A stretch of DNA of 64,000 nucleotides from a virus. Its lineage: Duplodnaviria; Caudoviricetes. The position numbers and the translations under genes were made by a program. Below are positions 1-7,929 of the stretch, piece after piece; positions within the stretch are counted from its first letter, which is position 1, and every line of letters starts with the position of its first letter. The notes under the pieces are model-generated. The model was not told the origin of the DNA and did no database searches. It saw nothing but the letters and a program-made list of their open reading frames with translations. The stretch covers positions 17,131 to 81,130 of the IMG/VR virus record IMGVR_UViG_3300005937_000003; one strand, 5' to 3'.

Positions 1-553
1 CGGCGGCCGCCTGCAGGCGCTCCTGCTGGGCCTTCTGGCGCTCAGCGATGGACTCGGCCGACTCCATACGTGCCTGCTGCTCGGCCTCGACCGCGTCGCG
101 CTCGACCTGGGCGGCCTCGGGCGAGTTGGGGTCCATCGGCATCTCGGGCGCGACGCCCGTAAGCTCCTCCTGCTGGATGGCGCCCTCGGCGGTGCCGCGA
201 ATGAGTTGCTCGTCGCCAGGTCGCGGTAACGGGGCGGGCGCGGCGATCTCCAGCCTGGGTGCCGCGAGCGACTCCCACGGCGGTGCCGCAGGCTCGGCCT
301 GCGCGACAGTCGGATCGGCCGCCAGCCGCAGCGCTGCCCCGATGGGCGTGTTGTTGGCGCCCTCAGCGTAGTTGCTCAGGCTGCCCTGCGGCAGGGTCGG
401 GGTGTGCGGAAGCTCGGCGGGCGCAAGCTGCGGCTGCTCGGCCGCCTGCTGGCCACTGCTGGCGGGCCTGGCCGCGACGCTGGTGCGACGCGATACCTGG
501 CCGCTGGTGGTCGCGGTGCTACCGCCCTCGGGCGGGGAGGTGGTGTCGCTCAT
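1..553 (-). CDS. Hypothetical protein downstream of the major capsid gene; runs off the window edge (3' partial)
   Basis: ATG at 553 with AAGGAGG RBS; open frame to base 1 (MSDTTSPPEGG...SAESIAERQKAQQERLQAAA); absent from the track because there is no stop. Confidence 0.75.
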   Translation of the reverse strand, partial: MSDTTSPPEGGSTATTSGQVSRRTSVAARPASSGQQAAEQPQLAPAELPHTPTLPQGSLSNYAEGANNTPIGAALRLAADPTVAQAEPAAPPWESLAAPRLEIAAPAPLPRPGDEQLIRGTAEGAIQQEELTGVAPEMPMDPNSPEAAQVERDAVEAEQQARMESAESIAERQKAQQERLQAAA

Positions 554-563
554 GTGTGCCTCC

Positions 564-1655
564 TTACGGCAGCGTGACTTCTTCGACGCAGTTGGGCGGC
601 GAGATGAAGACGCCGCGCCTGGCACGGGCCACGATCTGCTGCTGGATCAGGCGGCTCAGGTCGCCCACGCCCGCGTCGGTGCGCAGGTCGTGCTTGACCA
701 GTTCGATCAGGTACGTGCTCGTGTCCACGAGGTAGGCCTTGTTGGTGGCCACGCCCGGGTAGGTGTACTTGCGCGCCCCGACGGTGATCGAATAGCCGTC
801 GTAGAAGACCAGCGTGTCGATGCCCGCCAGCGCGGGGTACTCGGTGCCGCTGACCACGAAGCGCTGCAGCGCCTCCTCGATGTCCCAGCGCCTGGACGAG
901 TGTGCCAGCAGGACGTTCGGGGAGCGACCCAGGCCCGTGTCGGTGGCGGTGTCAGACCCCGCGTGGATGAGCGCCGCCTTGAGCGTGTTGCGCATCTTCT
1001 CGCGGAAGGTGGCGCCAGTCGTGTCGGCGGGCGTCTGGTTCTTGGCCGCGTACGCGTAGCTGATGATCGGGTACAGGTGGATGTGGTTCAGCAGCGCGTT
1101 GTAGGCGCGCCCGATGGCCTCGTTGAGTTGCGAGATCTCCCACGTCTTGTCGTACTCGACAACGTCCTCGGTGTACTCGAAGCCAGCCGCGTAGGTGAGC
1201 AGCGGGACGGTCTGGCGCGGCGTGAGGGTGCGCGTGCCGAAGCGGACCTCGCCGCCCTCCATATGCTGCAGGAAGACCACGCTGGCGCGGGCCATGATGG
1301 CGCCCACATCGACGTTCTCGGTCAGGTTGGCGTCGGTGATGGTGCGCGTGTAGACCGCTGGGTACAGCAGGGGCACCTGCTCGCGTCCCAGGTTGAGATC
1401 GACCACGGTCTTGGTGATGAACTGCGCCAGGTTGGCGGGCGTGGCGATGATCTCACCAGCGGCGGGGCGCGCCTGAAGCATGTTCAGGTAGTCGCGCATC
1501 GGGCGATTGAGTTCGTAGGTGTCCATCTCGCCCGCCGCCACGCGGATCGGCACGTTGAACGGCTGATCCCAGATGGTGGCCTGGGCGGTGTACTCGTGGG
1601 TGCCCTGGCGCCGCTCGGCGCGCAGGCTGGCGGTGTCAACGATACGGACTGGCAT
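564..1655 (-). CDS. Major capsid protein (HK97 fold likely)
   Basis: 363 aa; follows protease and DUF2190-like genes; GGEVRFGT and YAAGFEYTEDVVEYD segments are typical of capsid proteins; AGAGGAG RBS. Confidence 0.85.
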   Translation of the reverse strand: MPVRIVDTASLRAERRQGTHEYTAQATIWDQPFNVPIRVAAGEMDTYELNRPMRDYLNMLQARPAAGEIIATPANLAQFITKTVVDLNLGREQVPLLYPAVYTRTITDANLTENVDVGAIMARASVVFLQHMEGGEVRFGTRTLTPRQTVPLLTYAAGFEYTEDVVEYDKTWEISQLNEAIGRAYNALLNHIHLYPIISYAYAAKNQTPADTTGATFREKMRNTLKAALIHAGSDTATDTGLGRSPNVLLAHSSRRWDIEEALQRFVVSGTEYPALAGIDTLVFYDGYSITVGARKYTYPGVATNKAYLVDTSTYLIELVKHDLRTDAGVGDLSRLIQQQIVARARRGVFISPPNCVEEVTLP

Positions 1656-1668
1656 CTGCTAACTCCTC

Positions 1669-2043
1669 TCAGGCCCGCTGGTCGAGCAAGAAGATGCCAA
1701 TCACGTTGTCGGCGTTCTTGGCGATGTTGCACTTGGCGACGGGGCCGATCACGGCGCCCGCCACGGCCGCCACCGTGAACAGCTTGGTCGTGGTGTTGAA
1801 GTTCACGAGATCCCCGACGTTGAACGCCTCGGCCACCGTGATCTGGTCGGTGTCGTAAAAGGCGCGCTCGATGTTGATGGCGATGACGGCTGCACCTGTC
1901 GCGACGGGCTTGTCATCGAACTCAGCCAGGCCGAAGAACTTGTCGAGGTAGACGAACTCGCCCTGCGCGACCACGGTGCCGCCAGGCACGGTGACGTCAA
2001 CGCTGTTGCCATCGGCCATCTTGTGGCCATTGGTGTTTGCCAT
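1669..2043 (-). CDS. Capsid decoration/cement protein (DUF2190-like)
   Basis: 124 aa beta-rich (GNSVDVTVPGGTVVAQGEFVYLDKFFGLA); sits between protease and capsid genes. Confidence 0.75.
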   Translation of the reverse strand: MANTNGHKMADGNSVDVTVPGGTVVAQGEFVYLDKFFGLAEFDDKPVATGAAVIAINIERAFYDTDQITVAEAFNVGDLVNFNTTTKLFTVAAVAGAVIGPVAKCNIAKNADNVIGIFLLDQRA

Positions 2044-2061
2044 GCGTTCCTCCTTCCCTGG

Positions 2062-3402
2062 CTAGATGCTCTTGCGGCGAACGGGCAAGCCCACAGGCTC
2101 GCTGCTCGCGCCGTTCATCTCGCCCGCTGACCCGTTGGACGTCGAGCGGATGACCACTGTGCTGAGGCCCGCGTCGAGGATCGGCTTGATCTCGGGCGCG
2201 CCCTTGACCTTGGTGATGGCAGCCTTGATGGCGGCCTCGTCGGCGCCGACCTGCAGTTCGCCCAGCGCGGCGCTGGTGACCAGCGGCCTGGCCACGGCGG
2301 GCACGGCCATCTCGCCTCGGGCGACGATGTTCTCGACCTGGGCGCGCAGCGCCTGGACGGCGGTCGTCTGGACGGTCGTCTGAAGCTCGGCCACACGCGC
2401 CTGGACGGCGGCACCGTTGGCGTCGGCTGGCAGGCCCAGGCTGGCACGCATCTCGCCAATAGCCTTCTCGGAGGCCTGGAGGCGCTGCCACTGAGTGTCG
2501 TCCACCAACGGCGCCAGGGCAGCCAGGTTGAGGCCCATGCCGCCCAGGAGGTCTTGTGGGCGATGGGCCTTGGCCATCTCACCTGCGGCCACGTGGGCCA
2601 ACGTCGCCTGGTCGAGTGCCTCGGCCACCCCGCGACGGTCGCTGGCGATCAGGCCAGGCAGCACGTCGCTGGCGCGCCAGTTCATACCCTGGATGACCTG
2701 GCTGGCCGTCGCGCCCTGCTCGCGCAGGTTGTCAATGGACTCTCGTACTGTCGGCATACCTGATGCCCTCCCGTCGGGGTGAATGTCGTCGTGGTCTGGC
2801 GTCTCGGATGGCTCGAAGGGTGCGCCGCCGATGGCATCCATCTCGCCCCAGGCGACCACGCGGGCCGAGTTCATGCCCGCTCGGTCGAGCGGCGCCCAGT
2901 CGATGCCCAGCGGTTCGAGATCGACCACGTGCGTCTCGCCGTTGACCCGTGACAGGACGGGCCTGGAGAAGATCGACGGCTGGGTGATGCGCCTGGCCCG
3001 AATCCAGCGCTTCAGGTCGGGCGCGGTCTTGTCGATCAGGCCCCTGAAATAGGCCTTGTCGTCCTTCCACATGGCGCCGATCCAGTGCGTCGCGGGGTCC
3101 ACGAACTGGTTGCCCAGATCCTCGTCGCGCTGGTGGCCCTTGACGCCCGCCAACGTCTTGGTCTGGACGCGCTCGACCATCTTCTGGAGCGCCTGCGGGG
3201 TGTAGTGCCAGCCACGCGTGCTCTTGCCTGGCGCGACCTCGATGGCCACCTCCATCGGGTCGTCGTCGCCCTTGAGCAGGTGCTGGCGGTCGTCCTCACT
3301 GAAGCTCGCGCTGAGCGGGATGTCGCTGGCTGCCATCTCGCCCAGGACGCCACCCAGGACGTGGATCGGCCCGGGGCGTGCCTGGAACTCGGCGGTGCCC
3401 AC
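2062..3402 (-). CDS. Prohead protease-scaffold fusion
   Basis: N-terminal protease-like region (GHQRDE...HWIGA...SIF...IDWAPLDRAGM), helical C-terminal half; directly upstream of decoration and capsid genes. Confidence 0.75.
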   Translation of the reverse strand: MGTAEFQARPGPIHVLGGVLGEMAASDIPLSASFSEDDRQHLLKGDDDPMEVAIEVAPGKSTRGWHYTPQALQKMVERVQTKTLAGVKGHQRDEDLGNQFVDPATHWIGAMWKDDKAYFRGLIDKTAPDLKRWIRARRITQPSIFSRPVLSRVNGETHVVDLEPLGIDWAPLDRAGMNSARVVAWGEMDAIGGAPFEPSETPDHDDIHPDGRASGMPTVRESIDNLREQGATASQVIQGMNWRASDVLPGLIASDRRGVAEALDQATLAHVAAGEMAKAHRPQDLLGGMGLNLAALAPLVDDTQWQRLQASEKAIGEMRASLGLPADANGAAVQARVAELQTTVQTTAVQALRAQVENIVARGEMAVPAVARPLVTSAALGELQVGADEAAIKAAITKVKGAPEIKPILDAGLSTVVIRSTSNGSAGEMNGASSEPVGLPVRRKSI

Positions 3403-3404
3403 GA

Positions 3405-3593
3405 CTAGCGGGCAGGCTTGACGATGTCGCCCACGATGTTGGTCTTCTTGGGCTGGCTGTAGTCGAGGCTGGGCGAACTGTACTTGGGGATCTGAGTGTT
3501 CAGGTCGCCCTTGGGCGCGGCCTCGGAGAAGCCGCTGTTGACCTTGACCCAGTTGCCCTTGGACCCCGTCTTGACGATGTAGCCACTGGCCAT
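3405..3593 (-). CDS. Hypothetical protein (62 aa)
   Basis: Track ORF, AAGGAGG RBS, tightly packed in the operon. Confidence 0.65.
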   Translation of the reverse strand: MASGYIVKTGSKGNWVKVNSGFSEAAPKGDLNTQIPKYSSPSLDYSQPKKTNIVGDIVKPAR

Positions 3594-3602
3594 ACGTCCT
3601 CC

Positions 3603-3848
3603 TTACTTCACGACGCGGTAGCTGGCGCTCGGCGGCGTGGGGGCTGGCCGCACGATGCCCGGGCCGTTGCTGCGCTCGGGCGTCTCGTTGGGCACCACGC
3701 TGTTTGGCCCGATCTGGCGCCTGGTGGAGCGCGGCCCGATGGTCGAGGCCACGGCAGGCGGGACGATCTTGGGCGCGAATCGACCATTGGCCGACCTCAT
3801 CTGGACACCCCGACGGTTGACAATCACGGTATTCCCTGACACAGGCAT
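3603..3848 (-). CDS. Hypothetical basic protein (81 aa)
   Basis: Start re-picked at ATG 3848 (MPVSGNTV) after GGAGG. Confidence 0.6.
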   Translation of the reverse strand: MPVSGNTVIVNRRGVQMRSANGRFAPKIVPPAVASTIGPRSTRRQIGPNSVVPNETPERSNGPGIVRPAPTPPSASYRVVK

Positions 3849-3918
3849 CGGCCTCCCAGTCACGGGGCTGTAGCGTAGCACGGCGGCCTGGCCCCGCAAG
3901 TCACACGGCGGGGTAGGG

Positions 3919-4254
3919 CTACGGCTCCTTGCGCAAGGCCATCGCCCGCCACTCGGCCTCGGTCGTCTGCAGGCGTGCCACCTCGCCCTGCAAGCGTTCG
4001 GTGGCCAACGTGTGGCGGTCCTCGGCGCGGTCCATCTCCTGGCGGTGCCGCTCCTCGATGCGCGCAAGCTCCAGCGTGTGCTGGTGCTCGACCTGCTCGG
4101 CGGTGTGGCGTAGCTCGGCCACGTGCTCGTCGTAGGTCCGCGCCAGGCGCCTGATCAGGTAGCCGATCACCCCGACCAGCGCGCTCAGGAGTGTGCCGAT
4201 GCCGATCAGGGTGCTGCCTCCCAGCACGAAGATCGGTTCGCTGCCCTCGGGCAT
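3919..4254 (-). CDS. Membrane protein with one TM helix and a coiled coil (holin-like)
   Basis: LIGIGTLLSALVGVIGYLI followed by a charged coiled coil; TGATG overlap with the upstream gene. Confidence 0.6.
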   Translation of the reverse strand: MPEGSEPIFVLGGSTLIGIGTLLSALVGVIGYLIRRLARTYDEHVAELRHTAEQVEHQHTLELARIEERHRQEMDRAEDRHTLATERLQGEVARLQTTEAEWRAMALRKEP

Positions 4255-5279
4255 CAGCGTTTCGGGGTAACGGTCTTCTTCACCTGGCCAGGTGGCTCGT
4301 GGTCCTTGGGCGGCTTGTCGTCTTTGGGCGGCTTCTTCTCGGGCGTGGGCGGATGCGGTGGGTGGGTCGGCACCACGGTCGGTCGCTGCGTCGGCGGCAC
4401 GGGCGTCGCGGTCGGTGGACGCGGGGTCGCGGTGACCGTGGGCGGCACGGGGGTACTCGTTGGAGTGACAGGCGTGCTCGTCGGCGTGGCCGTCTCGGTC
4501 GGCGGCGGGGCAGGCGGCGAGGTGGGCTGTGACAGGCTAGCTGTCGCGGTCGGCGCGGCCGTCTCGGTGGCAGGCGGTGCACTCGGGGCGCTGACGTCTC
4601 CACCTGCTGACGGTTGCGTCGCCGTGGCTACAGCGGTTGGCTCGACGGTGGCGATCTGCTGCTCGGCGGTCGGCGTCGGCAGGACGCTCTGGGAGGCCGC
4701 TGGCGTGGGCGTCGCGCTCGCAGGACGCATCGGTGCCGCGAGCGGGGCGGACGTGGCTGGCGGGGCTGCCAGCGTGCCCGCAGGCGCCGCTGGCGATTCT
4801 TGCGGAAGCTGGGTCGGGGCGGACACGTCTGGCAGTGTCGCAGGTGGCGTGGGGGTCGGTGTGTCAATGGCTGGTGCGGCACGGGGTGGCGGTGCCAGGG
4901 TCGGCGGGACGGCCGTGCTGCGCGGTGGCGGCGAGGTGTAGTTGAGCGGTTCGGCGGTCGGCGTCGGCTCACGCGGCGCAGGCGTCGGCCCCAGCACGAA
5001 CTGCTCGACTGCTTGGACGGCCTGCTCGACCAGTTCGGGCACGCCCGGGCCGTCGTGCATGGTGACGATCACGTCGTTGGTCGGCGCGGGCGTCGGCGTC
5101 GGCAGCGGCGTGGGCGTCGGCACCTCCTCGGCCTGCGCGACGGGCACAGCCAGCGGTGCCAGGGTTTGCAGCGGCGTGGCGGTGAGTGCCAGCAGCAGCG
5201 CCGTCAGCAGTGCGCCGACCAGGCCGCCGCCGCCCGCCCAGGCGCATAGCTCGCCGTAGTCGTTCAGCCAGGCGCGCAC
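4254..5279 (-). CDS. Membrane-anchored Pro/Thr/Ala-rich protein
   Basis: N-terminal hydrophobic helix then PTPTP/PTATP low complexity; the track start (5306) lies inside a terminator, so GTG 5279 is preferred. Confidence 0.65.
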   Translation of the reverse strand: MRAWLNDYGELCAWAGGGGLVGALLTALLLALTATPLQTLAPLAVPVAQAEEVPTPTPLPTPTPAPTNDVIVTMHDGPGVPELVEQAVQAVEQFVLGPTPAPREPTPTAEPLNYTSPPPRSTAVPPTLAPPPRAAPAIDTPTPTPPATLPDVSAPTQLPQESPAAPAGTLAAPPATSAPLAAPMRPASATPTPAASQSVLPTPTAEQQIATVEPTAVATATQPSAGGDVSAPSAPPATETAAPTATASLSQPTSPPAPPPTETATPTSTPVTPTSTPVPPTVTATPRPPTATPVPPTQRPTVVPTHPPHPPTPEKKPPKDDKPPKDHEPPGQVKKTVTPKR

Positions 5280-5295
5280 GGCGCCAGCATGGCAC

Positions 5296-5325
5296 AAAAA
5301 GGCCACCTCTGGGCGGGGAGGTGGC
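5296..5325 (-). terminator. Intrinsic terminator
   Basis: GCCACCTC/GAGGTGGC stem followed by CTTTTT on the minus strand. Confidence 0.75.
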
Positions 5326-5540
5326 AGACCCGATGATGTTCAGTTGTCCATACGCGGCCAGGCGCGGCTCGGCAGGTTTCCCCGCGCCTGGTCTACTTGA
5401 CCCTCACCCCGAGACTCGAAGTCTCGAATTGCCGACTCAGATGTGGCTGATCAGCGCCGCCACGAGCTTGCATGTCCGCACTCTAGCGCCGCCTGCCAGA
5501 CGGCTCGGCGCGTAAATTGCTTTACGTTTTCTCAGGGAGC
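5326..5540 (-). ncRNA. Candidate structured non-coding RNA
   Basis: No convincing ORF; hairpins CGTAAA-GCAA-TTTACG, GAGAC-TTCGA-GTCTC, GGTC-AAGTA-GACC and CCAGGCGCGG/CCGCGCCTGG enclosing GG-GAAA-CC; ends at a terminator. Confidence 0.45.
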
Positions 5541-5647
5541 GCTGGCGGTGTCGTAGGGCCTGCCAGGTGAAGGCGAGATCTCCGACTCGACCTCCACCGT
5601 GTGCCTCGGAGTCGGCCTGGCCAGGACACGCCCGCCACCCCTCCCCG

Positions 5648-5740
5648 TTAGCCCTTCCAGCGTGCCCAGATCTGCCAGGCGACGAACGCGACGGCCAGCA
5701 CGCCGAAGACGATCCAGCCGATGGTGTCGGCGGTGCTCAT
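5648..5740 (-). CDS. 30-aa membrane peptide
   Basis: MSTADTIGWIVFGVLAVAFVAWQIWARWKG; ATGA overlap with the upstream gene. Confidence 0.6.
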   Translation of the reverse strand: MSTADTIGWIVFGVLAVAFVAWQIWARWKG

Positions 5741-5904
5741 CGCAGGCGGTAGCGGCGCCTGTGGCGGGCGCACTCCTCGCACGGCTGCACCTGATAGCCG
5801 CCGAAGTCGCTGACCACGAGCCACTCGCCGCACATCTGGCAGTGCTTCCTGGCGCGCAGCCCGCACTGGATCTCGTACACGCGCTCCTGCTCGCAGAAGG
5901 TCAA
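5737..5904 (-). CDS. Small Cys-rich (Zn-finger-like) protein
   Basis: TTG start overlapping the upstream TGA; CQMC and CEEC motifs. Confidence 0.55.
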   Translation of the reverse strand: MTFCEQERVYEIQCGLRARKHCQMCGEWLVVSDFGGYQVQPCEECARHRRRYRLR

Positions 5905-6092
5905 TGCAGCCCGAGTCCCAGATCCAGTTCGAGATCGGCATCTAGCCGCACGAACGTGATCTCGACCTGCGGGTTGCGGCCCGATTCCAGCGTCCACACC
6001 AGGCGGCGTACGTGGCTGGTCAGATCCTCGCCCGCCTCGTTCTCGATGCGCGTGCCCGCCGACGTACCGTCAGAGATTATCTTCAGTCGCAC
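5901..6092 (-). CDS. Hypothetical protein (63 aa)
   Basis: Track ORF with protein-like composition. Confidence 0.6.
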   Translation of the reverse strand: MRLKIISDGTSAGTRIENEAGEDLTSHVRRLVWTLESGRNPQVEITFVRLDADLELDLGLGLH

Positions 6093-6096
6093 CCGT

Positions 6097-6116
6097 TGTC
6101 ACCTTAGCAGGTGACA
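6097..6116. promoter_or_regulatory. Perfect copy of the 20-bp dyad operator
   Basis: TGTCACC-TTAGCA-GGTGACA, 4 nt upstream of the 6092 start. Confidence 0.7.
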
Positions 6117-6119
6117 GGC

Positions 6120-6293
6120 TCAGATGCGGATGGCGCCGACGAGCACGAGCACGAGCAGGATCACGACGAGCAGCCCGACCAGGCCGAAGCCAGGCCCGTA
6201 GTAGGCACTGCTGCCGTAGCTGCCCCGACCACCGAAGTAGCCGAAGACCAGCAGGATCAGCAGCACGATCAGGATGATGCCCAGCAGGCTCAC
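6120..6293 (-). CDS. DUF3309-like small membrane protein
   Basis: GTG start; SLLGIILIVLLILLVFGYFGGRGSYGSSAYYGPGFGLVGLLVVILLVLVLVGAIRI; not in the track (<60 aa). Confidence 0.7.
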   Translation of the reverse strand: MSLLGIILIVLLILLVFGYFGGRGSYGSSAYYGPGFGLVGLLVVILLVLVLVGAIRI

Positions 6294-6302
6294 GTCTTGA
6301 TC

Positions 6303-6377
6303 TTACCCGTCGCAGTGGTGCGGCATGCCCTCGACGTACTGCTCGCCGCACTTGCGGCACTTCAGGATGCGTGGCAT
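6303..6377 (-). CDS. 24-aa Cys/His peptide
   Basis: MPRILKCRKCGEQYVEGMPHHCDG after GAAGGGA. Confidence 0.4.
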   Translation of the reverse strand: MPRILKCRKCGEQYVEGMPHHCDG

Positions 6378-6382
6378 TCCCT

Positions 6383-7000
6383 TCACCATAACCCAAGGAT
6401 GCGGCGGCAGGTTGGCCACGCGCCCCACCCCTGGACGGCCTGGCCGCGTATGGCGACCTGTATCTGGGCCTCACGGGACGCCAGGTGCGGCGCGGGCGCG
6501 TGAGCGAGGCCGCCGTAGCGCGCCCAGAAGGTGGCGTCCATCTGCAGCCCGCCCTTGTACTTGGGGTTCCTGGCGTTGGCCCAGTTGCCGCCCGCCTCGC
6601 AGACGGCCAGGCGGTCCCACACGCCGTATGGCACGCCAGGTGCGGAGGTACTGGCGGCCCGCTGCTCGGCAGGCGGTTCCACGGCCCACGTTCGCCACCC
6701 ATCGGTGAACGTGGGTGCCTTGCCTGGCTTCCACACGGCCAGGCCTGTGGATGTGCGCTGTACGACGTCCTCATCGTCGCCTGCGCGTTCGGGTTCGACG
6801 GCGTGGCCCATGATCGAGCCGATCTGGCCGTGCAGCTTGGCGAAGCCGTTGTCGAACCAGAACTCCTCGCGTGGCTCTGCTGTGTCTGGGGCGGGTGCGA
6901 CGCCGCTGATGCCATCCCCGGGCACCAGTTCCTGGGCGTCGGCTGCTGTAGCGAACGAAGCGGCCAGCAGAGCAGCAGCCGCCGTGATTCTTACGAGCAT
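6383..7000 (-). CDS. Secreted Rpf-like (resuscitation-promoting factor) transglycosylase
   Basis: Signal peptide (MLVRITAAAALLAASFATAADA); C-terminal WDRLAVCEAGGNW...YKGGLQM...ASREAQIQVA...QGWGAWPTC matches the Rpf domain, including the catalytic Glu and paired Cys. Confidence 0.85.
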   Translation of the reverse strand: MLVRITAAAALLAASFATAADAQELVPGDGISGVAPAPDTAEPREEFWFDNGFAKLHGQIGSIMGHAVEPERAGDDEDVVQRTSTGLAVWKPGKAPTFTDGWRTWAVEPPAEQRAASTSAPGVPYGVWDRLAVCEAGGNWANARNPKYKGGLQMDATFWARYGGLAHAPAPHLASREAQIQVAIRGQAVQGWGAWPTCRRILGLW

Positions 7001-7032
7001 CCAGCGCTTGTACCCGACCTGGCCTGGACGCC

Positions 7033-7074
7033 GCGACGGCCCGTGCAAGTTACGTGAACTTGTCGGGCCGTCGC
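7033..7074. promoter_or_regulatory. Long hairpin upstream of the Rpf-like gene
   Basis: GCGACGGCCCG/CGGGCCGTCGC 11-bp stem extended by CAAGTT/AACTTG. Confidence 0.5.
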
Positions 7075-7205
7075 ATTGCTGTCACAAAAGCACGATCCTG
7101 CGCGCACAACACCTTGGCCCCTGGCTCGCCCTCAAAGGTGCGCGCAACCTCAGACGAGCGGTGGCCAGGCGGGGCGCTGGCGTGCTCAGTGATAGCGCTC
7201 GGAGT

Positions 7206-7520
7206 CTAGCGCGCCGTCTGCAGGCTGGCCAGCGCGGCGTCGAGCGCGGCCTTGACGGTCGGCGCGATCAGCATCTCGGGCGTGCTGCGCTGGGACATCT
7301 GATGCTGGCCGCCCTGCTCGGCCCAGTAGGTCCACATATCGTCGGCGTGGAAGCCGTTACGCGCCGCGTTGTCGAGTTGCGCCTGCAATGCGTCCTGCTC
7401 GGCCTTGAACGCGGGCAGGCTGGCCAGGTAGATGAAGCGCCCGTCGTAGACCCACACGACGCCTGGCAGGTAGCCCTGCTCGCTGGCGAAGCTCTCGCGC
7501 ATGACCTTGTAAACGGGCAC
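7206..7520 (-). CDS. Hypothetical protein (candidate immunity protein)
   Basis: 104 aa; second small gene after the MuF protein. Confidence 0.6.
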   Translation of the reverse strand: MPVYKVMRESFASEQGYLPGVVWVYDGRFIYLASLPAFKAEQDALQAQLDNAARNGFHADDMWTYWAEQGGQHQMSQRSTPEMLIAPTVKAALDAALASLQTAR

Positions 7521-7530
7521 GGTGACGGGA

Positions 7531-7929
7531 TTATGCCATGTCCTCAGTTCGACGGATGTACTGGACCAGTGGCCCGTAGACCACCCAGCCAGGCCCCTCG
7601 TAGAGCGGTCCGACGCCGCCTGCGCGGATGATCCCGACGTACTCGGCCATCTGGTCGATGTCGCGCTGGTCGTACAGGCCGAAGATCTCGACCACGCGGT
7701 CGTCGGGGTCGCGCACCAGCACCTCGCCGTCGTCGCCGTAGGCGATGTGGGCGATCTCGATGCCGTTGCCGCGCTCCTCGTTGCCCACGCTGTACCAGCC
7801 CATGACGTTGTCCACGAAGCGCACGCCCAGGATCGGCTGCGGGTCGGTGTCCAGCCCGTCTGGGAAGTGCACCTGGGCGGTCGCCCCGCCGCGCACCAGT
7901 TCCTCGATCCGCTCGCGCTCGCCCGCCAT
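7531..7929 (-). CDS. Hypothetical acidic protein (candidate immunity protein)
   Basis: ATG 7929 overlaps the MuF stop (TGATG); MAGERERIEELVRGG..., 132 aa. Confidence 0.65.
   Translation of the reverse strand: MAGERERIEELVRGGATAQVHFPDGLDTDPQPILGVRFVDNVMGWYSVGNEERGNGIEIAHIAYGDDGEVLVRDPDDRVVEIFGLYDQRDIDQMAEYVGIIRAGGVGPLYEGPGWVVYGPLVQYIRRTEDMA

Noticed and set aside
372-1778. Long plus-strand ORFs (e.g. 372-1778, 13791-15818, 41752-43125) and the many Arg/Pro-rich alternative-frame ORFs in the track
   Set aside because: They are antisense or frame shadows of well-supported minus-strand genes in high-GC DNA, with no motifs or RBS
5326-5640. tmRNA, RNase P, group I/II intron or riboswitch identity for the structured region
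   Set aside because: No TPsiC/CCA end, tag frame, GAGGAAAGUCC, P7 or domain V signature; kept only as an unassigned candidate
7033-7074. c-di-AMP (ydaO) riboswitch upstream of the Rpf-like gene, as in actinobacterial rpf genes
   Set aside because: Only a simple hairpin is visible; the conserved ydaO motifs were not recognised
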